A stretch of 61,869 nucleotides of DNA, filler included. It is 5 parts of 5 records of this genome, joined end to end, with 100 filler letters (N's around TTAATTAATTAA, not from the genome) between each part and the next. Parts side by side here need not be neighbours in the genome. Positions count along the whole stretch, not along the records: positions 1 to 25,626 come from SRR2962707_1027; 4 more parts are not named here. One strand, given 5' to 3'. Positions 9,122 to 17,995 of this stretch are shown in pieces (within the stretch, counting starts at the first letter, position 1; every line of letters starts with the position of its first letter). Made by a program: the position numbers and the translations under genes. The notes beneath the pieces were generated by a model. The model was not told the origin of the DNA. It did not search any database and saw nothing but the letters and a program-made list of their open reading frames with translations.

Positions 9122-9546
9122 TGGCCTATTCCGCCCAATTGCAGCGAGTTTTGGCCCGCATTGAAGGCATTCCGCAGGCCATCCGTGCCGATATCCAGCC
9201 CAGCATCATCAAATCTGGCGAAGAGCTAGCGGGCATGATGGCCCATCTTGCCGAACCATCGCGCGACACCGGCGCACTTATCGAGAGCATTGAGGTGACA
9301 CTGCCCGGAGGCACCACGCCTGCCTACAGCCAGCCGGGTGGCGCTCGCACCGCGCATGAGCTTGAGGCCATTGTCACGGTCGGTAGTAGCGATGTCCGCT
9401 ATCCGCACCTTGTTGAATACGGCACCGCGCTGGCACCGGCCCAGCCCTTCTTCTGGTCTGCCGTGCGCAGCCTTCAGAAGCGCATCAACAATCGACTTAA
9501 CCGCACCGCCCGGAAGGCCGTGCGTGAATGGTGGAGTAAACAGTGA
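9121..9546 (+). CDS. HK97-gp10-like neck/tail completion protein
   Basis: DTGALIESI, YPHLVEYGT, AQPFFWSA. Confidence 0.82.
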   Translation: MAYSAQLQRVLARIEGIPQAIRADIQPSIIKSGEELAGMMAHLAEPSRDTGALIESIEVTLPGGTTPAYSQPGGARTAHELEAIVTVGSSDVRYPHLVEYGTALAPAQPFFWSAVRSLQKRINNRLNRTARKAVREWWSKQ

Positions 9547-9953
9547 CCGAACCTAGCCTTGCCTTACAGACAGCCATCCGGGCGCATCTGATCGCCTCAC
9601 CGCATGTCATGGAGCTGGTGGAGCCTAACGAGATCCGCGACGGCGACACCCGGCCCGAAGCCTTCCCCAGCATTATCCTGGGCACTGGGCAGGTCGAGAT
9701 AGCCGGTCATTACTCCAACTATCGGATCGTGACCGCCTATCTGGACCTGCACATTTGGGCAGCAGGGGAAGGGCTAGAAAACGCCAAGGCTATTGGCAGT
9801 GCCGTTTGGAACGCTATCGGTCGTGACCTTGAGGTGCCTAGCTTCGATCTAACTGACGGCATCCATGTGGAGCGCAGCATGTATTTGCGCGACCCTTCCG
9901 GTTGCTCGCATGGGGTGGTCAGCCTGCGTGCCAAGATGGGGTGTTTCCTTTGA
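9543..9953 (+). CDS. DUF3168 tail terminator-like protein
   Basis: PSLALQTAIRAHL, FPSIILG, LDLHIW, HGVVSL. Confidence 0.78.
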   Translation: MTEPSLALQTAIRAHLIASPHVMELVEPNEIRDGDTRPEAFPSIILGTGQVEIAGHYSNYRIVTAYLDLHIWAAGEGLENAKAIGSAVWNAIGRDLEVPSFDLTDGIHVERSMYLRDPSGCSHGVVSLRAKMGCFL

Positions 9954-10267
9954 TGCGCGCCGGGCGGTTGGACCGCACCATCACCTTGCAGCGTGAGACC
10001 GAAAGCGTGTCACCGGCTGGCACTGTCAGGTCCGCCTGGACGGATTTTGCCATCCTGCGTGCAGAGCAGATCAGCAGCACATTTGCCGAAGTGGCGCGAG
10101 CCTATGGCGAGGGAGACGGTGCCGACTTGGTGCTGCGCATCCGCCACTATCACGGCCTCACGACCAAGGACCGGCTTGTTTATGCAGGCCGCCCCTATGG
10201 CATCACCGGCATTGTCGAACTTGGCCGTCGCCGCGCCATGGAATTGCGTTGCGAGGCGGCATCATGA
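9953..10267 (+). CDS. Head closure / head-tail adaptor
   Basis: MRAGRLDRTITLQ, IRHY..LTTKDRLVY..Y.I, ELRC. Confidence 0.85.
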   Translation: MRAGRLDRTITLQRETESVSPAGTVRSAWTDFAILRAEQISSTFAEVARAYGEGDGADLVLRIRHYHGLTTKDRLVYAGRPYGITGIVELGRRRAMELRCEAAS

Positions 10268-10659
10268 GGGGACGTAAGCCTGCGACCGTCATAACAGGTA
10301 GCAATCCTGTTACGGTTGTGCCATCGCCACCCAGCTATTTCCCCAAGGATGCCAAGGCCGAATGGCGCAAGATTGCGCCCATCCTGATCAAAGAGCGAAA
10401 GACGCTCACCGAGGCCGATCTGGGCACGCTGGAAAGCTACTGCCTTGCCACCGGCAACATGCGCTCTGCCCAGCGCATCATCAATGTTGAGGGGCTGGTG
10501 ACGACAGACGGCAAGCGGCATCCCGCCTTCGGCATCATGAACGCCGCCCAGACCACCCAGCGCTTGTGCGCCGCTGAGCTTGGATTGACGCCAGTGAGCC
10601 GGTCGCGCCCTGCCGTGCGTAGCGAAGGGAACGATGACGACAACCCCTTCGCCATCTAG
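10264..10659 (+). CDS. terS: Terminase small subunit (P27 family)
   Basis: MRGRKP, AKAEWRKI, LESYC, HPA, ELGLTPVSR. Confidence 0.88.
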   Translation: MRGRKPATVITGSNPVTVVPSPPSYFPKDAKAEWRKIAPILIKERKTLTEADLGTLESYCLATGNMRSAQRIINVEGLVTTDGKRHPAFGIMNAAQTTQRLCAAELGLTPVSRSRPAVRSEGNDDDNPFAI

Positions 10660-12253
10660 CACCTATCCGGCTTGGATTTACGACGGCACGCCCATCGAAG
10701 ACACCTTCGGTGATGGCGAGCGCGCCGTTGCGTTCTTGCGTTGGCTTAAGCACCCAAAGAGCACGCTGCCCGGCAAGGGCTTTCAGCTTGACCCTTGGCT
10801 TGAGCGCATCGTGCGCCGCATCTATGGGCCGCGCCATCCGAACGGCAACCGCGTCGTCAAGACGGTGGTGCTGTTGTTGCCGCGCGGCAACCGCAAGACC
10901 AGCACCGCAGCCGCCCTGGCGTTGCTGCACACCATCGGCCCAGAACGGGTGCCGCACGGTGAGGCCATCTTTGCCGCCGCCGACCGCAAGCAGGCCAGCA
11001 TCGCCTTTAAGGAAGCGCTGGGCATCGTGCAGGCGCGCAGCCAGGTCAGCAGCGCGGTGAAGGTCTATGATGCCCACAACAGCGCGAAAAAGATCGTCTA
11101 TGCCAAAGAGCGGGTAACGCTTGAAGTGATCTCTGGCGATGCTGGCACCCAGCATGGTCGGACGCCCAATTTTGTGTTGGCCGATGAGTTGCACGTCTGG
11201 CCCAACTTTTACCTCTGGGAAGCCCTGCAGTCCGGCTTGGACAAGTCCGACAATACTCTCATGGTCGTGGCGACGACTGCCGGGCGCGGGCAAGAAAACG
11301 TTGCCTGGGAGCAGATTGAAGACGCCCGCAAGGTGGCGCGCGGTGAGGTTGATGACCCATCCATCCTGCCCATCTTGTTCGAAGCCGACCGCGACGCCGA
11401 TTGGCGCGATGAGGCGGTTTGGTATCTGACCAATCCCGGCCTTGCTCATGGCTATCCCAGCCTTGACGGCTTCCGCCGCGCCGCCGCCAAGGCGGAGCGC
11501 AGCATGCGTGAACGCCAGAGCTTCAAGCAGCTCAAGCTCAATATCTGGCTGGACCATTCCACCGACCCGTTCATTGACATGGACGTCTATGACCGCTGCG
11601 CTGGTGACGTCGAGCCGATGGACAATGCGCCGTGCTGGGTTGGCGTAGACATGTCCACCACCAGCGATCTCACCGCCGTTGTTGCTGCCTTCCGTGATGA
11701 AGACGGCCTCATCAGCGTGCAGCCGCATTTCTTTGTGCCCGGCGATGTGCTGCGCGATCGGGCTGACCGCGATGGCGTGCCCTATCCGGAATGGGCTGAG
11801 CAGGGCTTTCTCACCGCAACGCCCGGCAACGTCATCGATTTCGGTGCCGTCACGGAATATTTGGCTGAGCTGTGCGCCCGCTATGACGTGCAGGAACTGA
11901 ACTTCGATCCGCACTATGCCCAGCCCGTCATGGCGCCGCTACTTGCCGATGGCCTGCCGGTGCTGACCATGCGGCAGGGATGGGTAACGCAGTCGCCGGC
12001 GCTCAATGAGCTTGAGCGCGTCATTGTTGGCGGGCAGTTCCGCCATGGCGGGCACCCGCTGTTGCGCTGGTGCTTCTCCAACGTCGCCATCCACACCGAC
12101 AGCGCAGGCAACCGCACGATGCACAAGGGCAAGAGCACCGGGCGCATTGATGGTGCCGTTGCCACGTGGATGGCCGTCTCCCGCGCTGCTGCCAATGACA
12201 ACACCCCGTCCGCCTGGGACGATCCCGAATTTATGCAGAAGGTATATGGATGA
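10634..12253 (+). CDS. terL: Terminase large subunit (cos-type, HK97-like)
   Basis: Walker A PRGNRKT, Walker B VLADELH, TTAG, GVDMSTTSDLTA, GRIDGAVA. Confidence 0.92.
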   Translation: MTTTPSPSSTYPAWIYDGTPIEDTFGDGERAVAFLRWLKHPKSTLPGKGFQLDPWLERIVRRIYGPRHPNGNRVVKTVVLLLPRGNRKTSTAAALALLHTIGPERVPHGEAIFAAADRKQASIAFKEALGIVQARSQVSSAVKVYDAHNSAKKIVYAKERVTLEVISGDAGTQHGRTPNFVLADELHVWPNFYLWEALQSGLDKSDNTLMVVATTAGRGQENVAWEQIEDARKVARGEVDDPSILPILFEADRDADWRDEAVWYLTNPGLAHGYPSLDGFRRAAAKAERSMRERQSFKQLKLNIWLDHSTDPFIDMDVYDRCAGDVEPMDNAPCWVGVDMSTTSDLTAVVAAFRDEDGLISVQPHFFVPGDVLRDRADRDGVPYPEWAEQGFLTATPGNVIDFGAVTEYLAELCARYDVQELNFDPHYAQPVMAPLLADGLPVLTMRQGWVTQSPALNELERVIVGGQFRHGGHPLLRWCFSNVAIHTDSAGNRTMHKGKSTGRIDGAVATWMAVSRAAANDNTPSAWDDPEFMQKVYG

Positions 12254-14340
12254 ACGACCAGATTTTGGCCGTCTCAATTGAGGCGCGCATCAACAAGCTC
12301 GAAAAAGAAATGAAGAAGGCCAGCACCATTGTTGGCCGGAACTTCGACGGCATGGAGAAACGCAGCAAGCGCGCTGCCTCCGGCATCGAAAAGCACTTCG
12401 CTGGCATCGGTGATCGTATCGGCGGGATCGGTAAGAATATCGCAGCCGGGTTCATTGGTGGCCTTGTCGCGGGTGGTGTTACCGGCATCGCAGCCAAGTT
12501 TGGCGATGTCGCCAAGTCGGTTGCCCAGATCGGCGATGAGGCCAAGCGAGCCGGGCTTGGTGTCGAAGAGTTTCAAGAGCTAAAATATGTCGCTGAGCAG
12601 AACCGCATCGGCGTGGAGTCGCTGACGGACGGCATCAAGGAACTCAACTTGCGCGCCGATGAGTTTGTTGTGACCGGTAAGGGCAGTGCAGCTGAGGCAT
12701 TCACCCGGCTTGGTTATGATGCCGAGACCCTCAAGGAAAAGCTCAAGAACCCATCGGCTCTGTTCACCGAAATCATCGGCAAGCTGGGCAAGTTGGATAA
12801 AGCAGCACAAATCCGTATCGCCGATGAGATCTTCGGCGGCACGGGCGGTGAGCGCTTCGTGCAGCTTATCGAGCAGGGCGAAGCCGCGTTGAACCGAACC
12901 CGGCAGGAAGCGCATGCCCTTGGCCTTGTGATGAGCGCCGAGACAATCGCCAAAGCAGACGAGCTGGACCGGAAGTTCAACGCCATCGCCAACACGGTGG
13001 GCACCAAACTCAAGCAGGCCATTGTTGACGCTACCGGTGCGCTGGTGGACTTCATGAACAGCCTGCCGAAGTCTGACACTGAAGTCCTGGGCGATATGCA
13101 GGCTCGTGTTGCTGGTGTGCAAACTGAGCTTGAAGAGCTCACCCGGCACGCTGACGCTGCGTTCCCAGCACTGACCGGTAAGCTCTATGACCTCGTTGCG
13201 GGTTTCCTTGCTGGTAAGGAGAGCGCCGAAAACGCAAAGAATGCCATTCTGGATATGGCGCGTGCCGATCCTGACTTCGCGCCCATCGCTGGCGACATTA
13301 ATGGCCTGATTTCCCTGTTCACACTGCTCACCGGACAAGCACGTGAGGCCGCTGCAGCAATCGCAGCTGCTACCACTGACCCCGTAGGCACTATGCCTAG
13401 CTTCGGTGAAATCGGCACCACGTTCGCGCCGCCAGTTCCCGCCGCGCCGCTAAACACCGGTGGGCGTTCGGCTGGTGCTATGCGCGAGGAACGCGACGCG
13501 GCGAAGGAATTGATTGCCGAACTTGAGGCAGAGCTACGCGCCATAAGCATGTCCGAAGTAGAGAAACGGGTTGATGCTGAGCTGCGTAAGGCTGGTGCCA
13601 GCGCCACCGACGCGCAGAAGCAGTCAATCCGTGAACTGGTGATGGTCATTGAGACCGAAAGTGCCGCCATGGACCAGATGCAATCTGCCATGGAGAACGC
13701 CAAGGGTATGGCTAAAGACTTCTTGGGCGGTTTGCTGGGCGACCTGCGCAGCGGTGTTGATGGTGCCACGGCGCTCGCCAACGCTTTTGGCCGTCTCGCC
13801 GACCGCCTGCTCGATATGGCGCTCGACGGGCTGATCAACAGCCTGTTTTCGAACATGATGGGTGGCGCTGGCGGTGGTCTGCTTGGTGGTCTGTTTGGCT
13901 TTAGCCAGGGTGGCGTGGTGAAGGCCGCGACCGGTGGCTACATTCGAGGGCCCGGCACCGGCACCAGCGACAGCATTCCGGCCCGGCTGAGCGACGGTGA
14001 GTTTGTCGTCAACGCTGCTGCGACGAAGCGAAACTTGGACATCCTGCACGCCATCAATCGCGGTGAGGTTTCGGCCTTTGCCACTGGTGGCCTTGTCGGT
14101 GATGGTCCGGCGATCCGCGCGGCGAATGACAATATTGGGCACACCAATGACAACGCCGCGCCGGTGGTGACGATCAGCGCGCCGATCACCGTGAACGGTT
14201 CATCTGGGACGCCCGAGCAGAACGATGACCTCGCCAAGAAGATGCGCCGCGAAATGGAGAGTGGTATGCGATCAATCGTGACCGATGAGCTGCGTAAGCA
14301 GTCCAAGGTTGGAAACACACTCAACACCCGGAGCCGGTGA
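12250..14340 (+). CDS. Tail tape measure-like protein (696 aa)
   Basis: Long Ala/Gly-rich helical ORF with C-terminal ATGGYIRGPGTGTSDSIPARLSDGEFVVNA motif. Confidence 0.8.
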   Translation: MNDQILAVSIEARINKLEKEMKKASTIVGRNFDGMEKRSKRAASGIEKHFAGIGDRIGGIGKNIAAGFIGGLVAGGVTGIAAKFGDVAKSVAQIGDEAKRAGLGVEEFQELKYVAEQNRIGVESLTDGIKELNLRADEFVVTGKGSAAEAFTRLGYDAETLKEKLKNPSALFTEIIGKLGKLDKAAQIRIADEIFGGTGGERFVQLIEQGEAALNRTRQEAHALGLVMSAETIAKADELDRKFNAIANTVGTKLKQAIVDATGALVDFMNSLPKSDTEVLGDMQARVAGVQTELEELTRHADAAFPALTGKLYDLVAGFLAGKESAENAKNAILDMARADPDFAPIAGDINGLISLFTLLTGQAREAAAAIAAATTDPVGTMPSFGEIGTTFAPPVPAAPLNTGGRSAGAMREERDAAKELIAELEAELRAISMSEVEKRVDAELRKAGASATDAQKQSIRELVMVIETESAAMDQMQSAMENAKGMAKDFLGGLLGDLRSGVDGATALANAFGRLADRLLDMALDGLINSLFSNMMGGAGGGLLGGLFGFSQGGVVKAATGGYIRGPGTGTSDSIPARLSDGEFVVNAAATKRNLDILHAINRGEVSAFATGGLVGDGPAIRAANDNIGHTNDNAAPVVTISAPITVNGSSGTPEQNDDLAKKMRREMESGMRSIVTDELRKQSKVGNTLNTRSR

Positions 14341-14487
14341 GGGCGCAAAGCCGCAGCGGTGACCCAGGGCGGCAGGAACGCATGCCGGACGACCGCATGC
14401 CGCAAGAAAATGAGTTCGCCTGCAGGTGAGTCTCTAAGCCAGTTTCTGGTGACGTGCCGAGAACCAACTTGCCGGAAGCGCTTGATT

Positions 14488-14581
14488 TGTCCGTGCCAAA
14501 CTAGTCGAATGTCTGTCTATATATATCCTCTCGTTAGAAAATAACTAAGTAGACAGACAATCGACAAGTTTAGCACGGACA
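14488..14581. repeat. 32-bp imperfect inverted repeat with 30-nt AT-rich loop
   Basis: 14488-14519 matches the reverse complement of 14550-14581 at 29/32 positions. Confidence 0.9.
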
Positions 14582-14598
14582 CGCAACTCCGGCACGGC

Positions 14599-14627
14599 TT
14601 GACTATACACATACACGTGTGTATATG
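14599..14627 (+). promoter_or_regulatory. Putative sigma70 promoter overlapped by palindromic operator
   Basis: TTGACT-17bp-TATATG; TATACAC-N8-GTGTATA inverted repeat inside. Confidence 0.5.
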
Positions 14628-14658
14628 TTACGGCATCATAAACGCCTGTGGAGACCAC

Positions 14659-15090
14659 ATGACTGCCGCCCCCGTTACCGTCCGGCTTGACCCCCGCCGC
14701 CTTGAACAGCTCAAGGCTATTGCCACCGCGACCAGCTCGACCAGCGCCGGTGTCATCGCCCAGTTCATCCGCGACAAGATTGAACAGGGTGTTATCCCGC
14801 AAGATATCCCCGGCATCGTGGTGCATAAGGTGGGTGAGATTGTCCAAATCGACCTGAGCAAGGGCTACGGCAAGGCGTATTCACTTGCCGCTGCCTTGCA
14901 ATTGGCTAGCACCATTCGCAGCGTTGTTGAAGGTGGTGAGCCCTCGGCGGTAAACTTGGACTTTGGCTTCGCTGTGCTCAAGCAGGGCACCGGCTTCAAG
15001 ATCGCCGCGCCGTTCCCCGGGCCGGAAGTGAGCTTCCCCGGCGATCTCGCGATTGATCTTGCTGACCTGATCGAAGCGGCCGCAAAATAG
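14659..15090 (+). CDS. Ribbon-helix-helix (CopG-like) DNA-binding protein with extra C-terminal domain
   Basis: PVTVRLDPRRLEQLKAIA...SAGVIAQFI; GGAG SD upstream. Confidence 0.6.
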   Translation: MTAAPVTVRLDPRRLEQLKAIATATSSTSAGVIAQFIRDKIEQGVIPQDIPGIVVHKVGEIVQIDLSKGYGKAYSLAAALQLASTIRSVVEGGEPSAVNLDFGFAVLKQGTGFKIAAPFPGPEVSFPGDLAIDLADLIEAAAK

Positions 15091-15091
15091 A

Positions 15092-15122
15092 AACGCCACC
15101 GGTGGCTGATGCCGGTGGCGTT
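15092..15122. terminator. GC-rich hairpin after RHH gene
   Basis: AACGCCACCGG / CCGGTGGCGTT perfect 11-bp stem; U-tract weak. Confidence 0.5.
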
Positions 15123-15158
15123 GAATCTCTGCCATTGCCTTGAGAGGCGCCTAAAAAT

Positions 15159-15749
15159 ATGACAAACAAAAAAGACTGTCAACATATAACGAACAATGAA
15201 GGATCACCAGCCGATGAGGCTTTAGCGCTTGAACTGCTTGCCGACTTGGACATTGGCGAGAGTGCTCCCGTGGCGAATTTCATAGCGACCACCCCAGCAT
15301 TGCGGGCCGTCGCAGCGAAGCAGAACGAACGGACGGTCGGTAAGGGCGCAAAGCAGTCAAAACCCTCCTCGAATCCTTCAGCAATTAAAGAGCGTGAGCG
15401 CTATGCGCAGCATAAGGGTGGCGACGTCCGCACCTACTCCTGGAACAACATTGAGCCGCGGCGAATGTTTCCATACGAGTCCGAAGAAGACTACCAGCGC
15501 CGGTATAAGCGCGAGTATGCCCAGATCACGCGCGGGGTCACAGCTGAAGACATTGAAGCCAACGCACTCAATAGGGAGCTGACGACCCAAGAAGAGCGGA
15601 AGCAGGATAAGGCGAAGGCCGAGGCAAATAGGCGCGCCAACATTCCCACGTCTGAGCAGTCCGCCGCGCGCAAAGCTCGCCGCCATCGGGCGAAGGAACG
15701 CGCCAATGAGGAAGCTACAGCTACCCTCGCTGCCAGGAGCATAGTCTGA
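15159..15749 (+). CDS. Hypothetical basic, helical protein
   Basis: 196-aa ORF with GAGG SD; no recognised motif. Confidence 0.55.
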   Translation: MTNKKDCQHITNNEGSPADEALALELLADLDIGESAPVANFIATTPALRAVAAKQNERTVGKGAKQSKPSSNPSAIKERERYAQHKGGDVRTYSWNNIEPRRMFPYESEEDYQRRYKREYAQITRGVTAEDIEANALNRELTTQEERKQDKAKAEANRRANIPTSEQSAARKARRHRAKERANEEATATLAARSIV

Positions 15750-15881
15750 CTAACTCTAGCTCAATAGCTATCTATCTATAGAGCTATATAGCGCAATATT
15801 ATCAATGGCTTAAATCACTTTCTGTCTTGACGATGATTCATCCGGCATGGGAGTCTTCTGGTATCAAAACCGGAGCCATCC

Positions 15882-16097
15882 ATGACCGATCAACCCACCT
15901 ACCTGAGCAACACCACCTGGGTGGAACTACTCGACACCCTCAATATCAACGAAGCCCTCAGGATCCAGATGGACGTCAAGCTCTGCCCGTTCACCGGCGT
16001 GGTCGAGGAATATACGATGGCGGATCAGTTGGGCGGGATGCTCAACGTCTGGCCTGAGAAGTGGCAAAGCATGATAGAGGAGGGCAGGGCAGACTAA
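15882..16097 (+). CDS. Small hypothetical protein
   Basis: 71-aa ORF with GGAG SD. Confidence 0.5.
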   Translation: MTDQPTYLSNTTWVELLDTLNINEALRIQMDVKLCPFTGVVEEYTMADQLGGMLNVWPEKWQSMIEEGRAD

Positions 16098-16262
16098 GTC
16101 TTTGATTAAAATAAGGAAACACAATCGCCTCTTTTTACCTCAAGACTTCCAACCATTTATGTGAGTAATACGACATCCCGACATCGATGATGAAACCAGC
16201 ACGGCCAACTGCCGGGCGACTTTCTGCTTGTCCAACCATTAGACACGACAAAGGAACATGCT

Positions 16263-17201
16263 TTGATCCCGGCACTTTCTGACGAACTTACTGACCTTGA
16301 CCTGAGCGCGGCCCTGGAACCTGTGCAGCCTGTTCCCGAACCGCGTCCGGCCTTTCCTGCTGAAGCTGGAAACCTGATTGTAAACGCAGTTGATGCCCCA
16401 ACGACCACGGCTATGACCAATGCCGTGGATGAGCGCGAGGCCTTTTACTCGACACTGGGCATCGAGGATGCGGCCAAACTCCGGCGGTCGGCAACGCGCG
16501 TCAATGCCTCGATGGGAGCAATGGCTAAGAATATTCTCGAGATTGGCCGCGAACTGATCGGGATCAGCGCAGATCTTACCGGCCATTTTGAGATGTGGCT
16601 CCAGCTCGAATTCGCTATGTCCAAGGCAACTGCTTACAACTACATTAATGCCGCCAAGCAGTTCGGTGACGTGCCTCAGGTTGTCGAAATCTTGCCGCCG
16701 TCAACGGTCTACCGCCTCGCCGCCAAGGCCACTCCTGAGGAAGTCCGTAGCACGATTGTAAGTGAGATCACCGCCGGTGAGGTAGTGTCGGCAAAGGATG
16801 TCGAAGCCCGCATCGCTATTGCGAAGAGGCAGGCTGCCAAGGCCAAGCAGGACGATGCCGAGCGGAAGAAGCGGGTAGACCAGCAGGCCGCGCGCGAAAA
16901 AAAATGGCAGCGGAAGGCCAACGAACTTGCTGATGCTGGTATGGGCGAAAAGGAGATCGAGAGGGCGCGCAAGGCTTGGGACAGTGGTGAGGCGCGGCGG
17001 GAACGTGCCCGCCAGGAGAAAGAGGCGACAGCAGCGCGTGAAAATGAAAAATTGCAGCATGCCCGCGAGCGTGCCAAGCAGACCGCTCAGGAACTGGCGG
17101 CCCTTCTGCACGAGAACCTTCCCCCTGAATTGTTTGAGACGCTTAAGCAGCGCAGTAAGGAGGATTGGGTGTGGAGTGAGTTAGGCTGTATCCTTACCTA
17201 G
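16263..17201 (+). CDS. DUF3102-like protein with coiled-coil C-terminus
   Basis: ILEIGRELI...GHFEMWL..EFAMSKATAYNYINAAKQF; AAGGA SD before TTG. Confidence 0.65.
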   Translation: MIPALSDELTDLDLSAALEPVQPVPEPRPAFPAEAGNLIVNAVDAPTTTAMTNAVDEREAFYSTLGIEDAAKLRRSATRVNASMGAMAKNILEIGRELIGISADLTGHFEMWLQLEFAMSKATAYNYINAAKQFGDVPQVVEILPPSTVYRLAAKATPEEVRSTIVSEITAGEVVSAKDVEARIAIAKRQAAKAKQDDAERKKRVDQQAAREKKWQRKANELADAGMGEKEIERARKAWDSGEARRERARQEKEATAARENEKLQHARERAKQTAQELAALLHENLPPELFETLKQRSKEDWVWSELGCILT

Positions 17202-17255
17202 CCCAACCCAACTGAATACCGCCTCGCGACCTTGTTGGTTAGGCGGCGCACACAT

Positions 17256-17280
17256 AAAAAAGCTGGGCATTGAGCCCAGC
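17256..17280 (-). terminator. Intrinsic terminator for the minus-strand cassette
   Basis: GCTGGGC/GCCCAGC stem followed by T6 on minus strand. Confidence 0.7.
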
Positions 17281-17285
17281 CTTCA

Positions 17286-17489
17286 TCATTTCAATTTTAA
17301 AGCAAAGTCGACAGTGCCATGACTTATGCTGCCTTTGTAAGCGCCAGCGCGCCGGCGCATTTCCGGAGACAGTTTTAGCCCAGTCATCGGGCGGCTTTTA
17401 CCGTAGGCGGGCTCAGGCTCAGGCAATGGCTTGCCGGAGTGCGTAAGCCGATACGACGCCTCCTTAACCCATTTCGCTAACTGTTCCAT
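17286..17489 (-). CDS. Small basic hypothetical protein (67 aa)
   Basis: ATG 2 nt after upstream stop, AAGGTG SD. Confidence 0.55.
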   Translation of the reverse strand: MEQLAKWVKEASYRLTHSGKPLPEPEPAYGKSRPMTGLKLSPEMRRRAGAYKGSISHGTVDFALKLK

Positions 17490-17491
17490 TT

Positions 17492-17995
17492 TCACACCTT
17501 TAAGCACCAGTAAGAGGGGCTATCACGGACATCTACCCGCTTAAAGCCATATACCTCTTCATAGTGAACAACTAATTCTTCGTTCTTAGGTTGCAAGTGC
17601 AACTCGTTCTTACCGCGCACTTGCGCATAATTTGCGCACGTATCAAGTAAAATTTCAAGGCGTCCGCCGCGAAAAGGACAATCCGTCGCTCTGTCGCCTT
17701 CAACCACTTGAACGTAAACAGCTCGGTTCTTTGTGGTAGCCAGACACATAGCAACTAATCTCTCGCCTGCCCACATGGCAATAGTGAGGCGATCTGGTTC
17801 GGAGGAAAATTTGCGATTGATGTCTGTCCAGTCATAGTGACCACCTTTCCAGCTTTGGCTGGCCTCATAGGCGCGACCACTCCATTCGGTCAGTGTAAAT
17901 GTCATTCCATCATAAGGGCACAACTTCTCAACCGTGGCCTGACGCGCCTCGTGGCAAAGTTGGATGTAACGCTGTTTATGTGATGCGAGTGACAC
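17492..17995 (-). CDS. GNAT-fold acetyltransferase-like protein
   Basis: YDW, IAMWAGERLVAMCLA, VYVQVVEG, PFRG, ELHLQPKNEELVVHYEEVYGF; start GTG 17995 or ATG 18025. Confidence 0.6.
   Translation of the reverse strand: MSLASHKQRYIQLCHEARQATVEKLCPYDGMTFTLTEWSGRAYEASQSWKGGHYDWTDINRKFSSEPDRLTIAMWAGERLVAMCLATTKNRAVYVQVVEGDRATDCPFRGGRLEILLDTCANYAQVRGKNELHLQPKNEELVVHYEEVYGFKRVDVRDSPSYWCLKV

Noticed and set aside
4267-14340. Interpretation as an RcGTA-like gene transfer agent cluster
   Set aside because: Has integrase, att sites, HNH and cos-type terminase, lacks GTA tube/baseplate genes, and gene order differs
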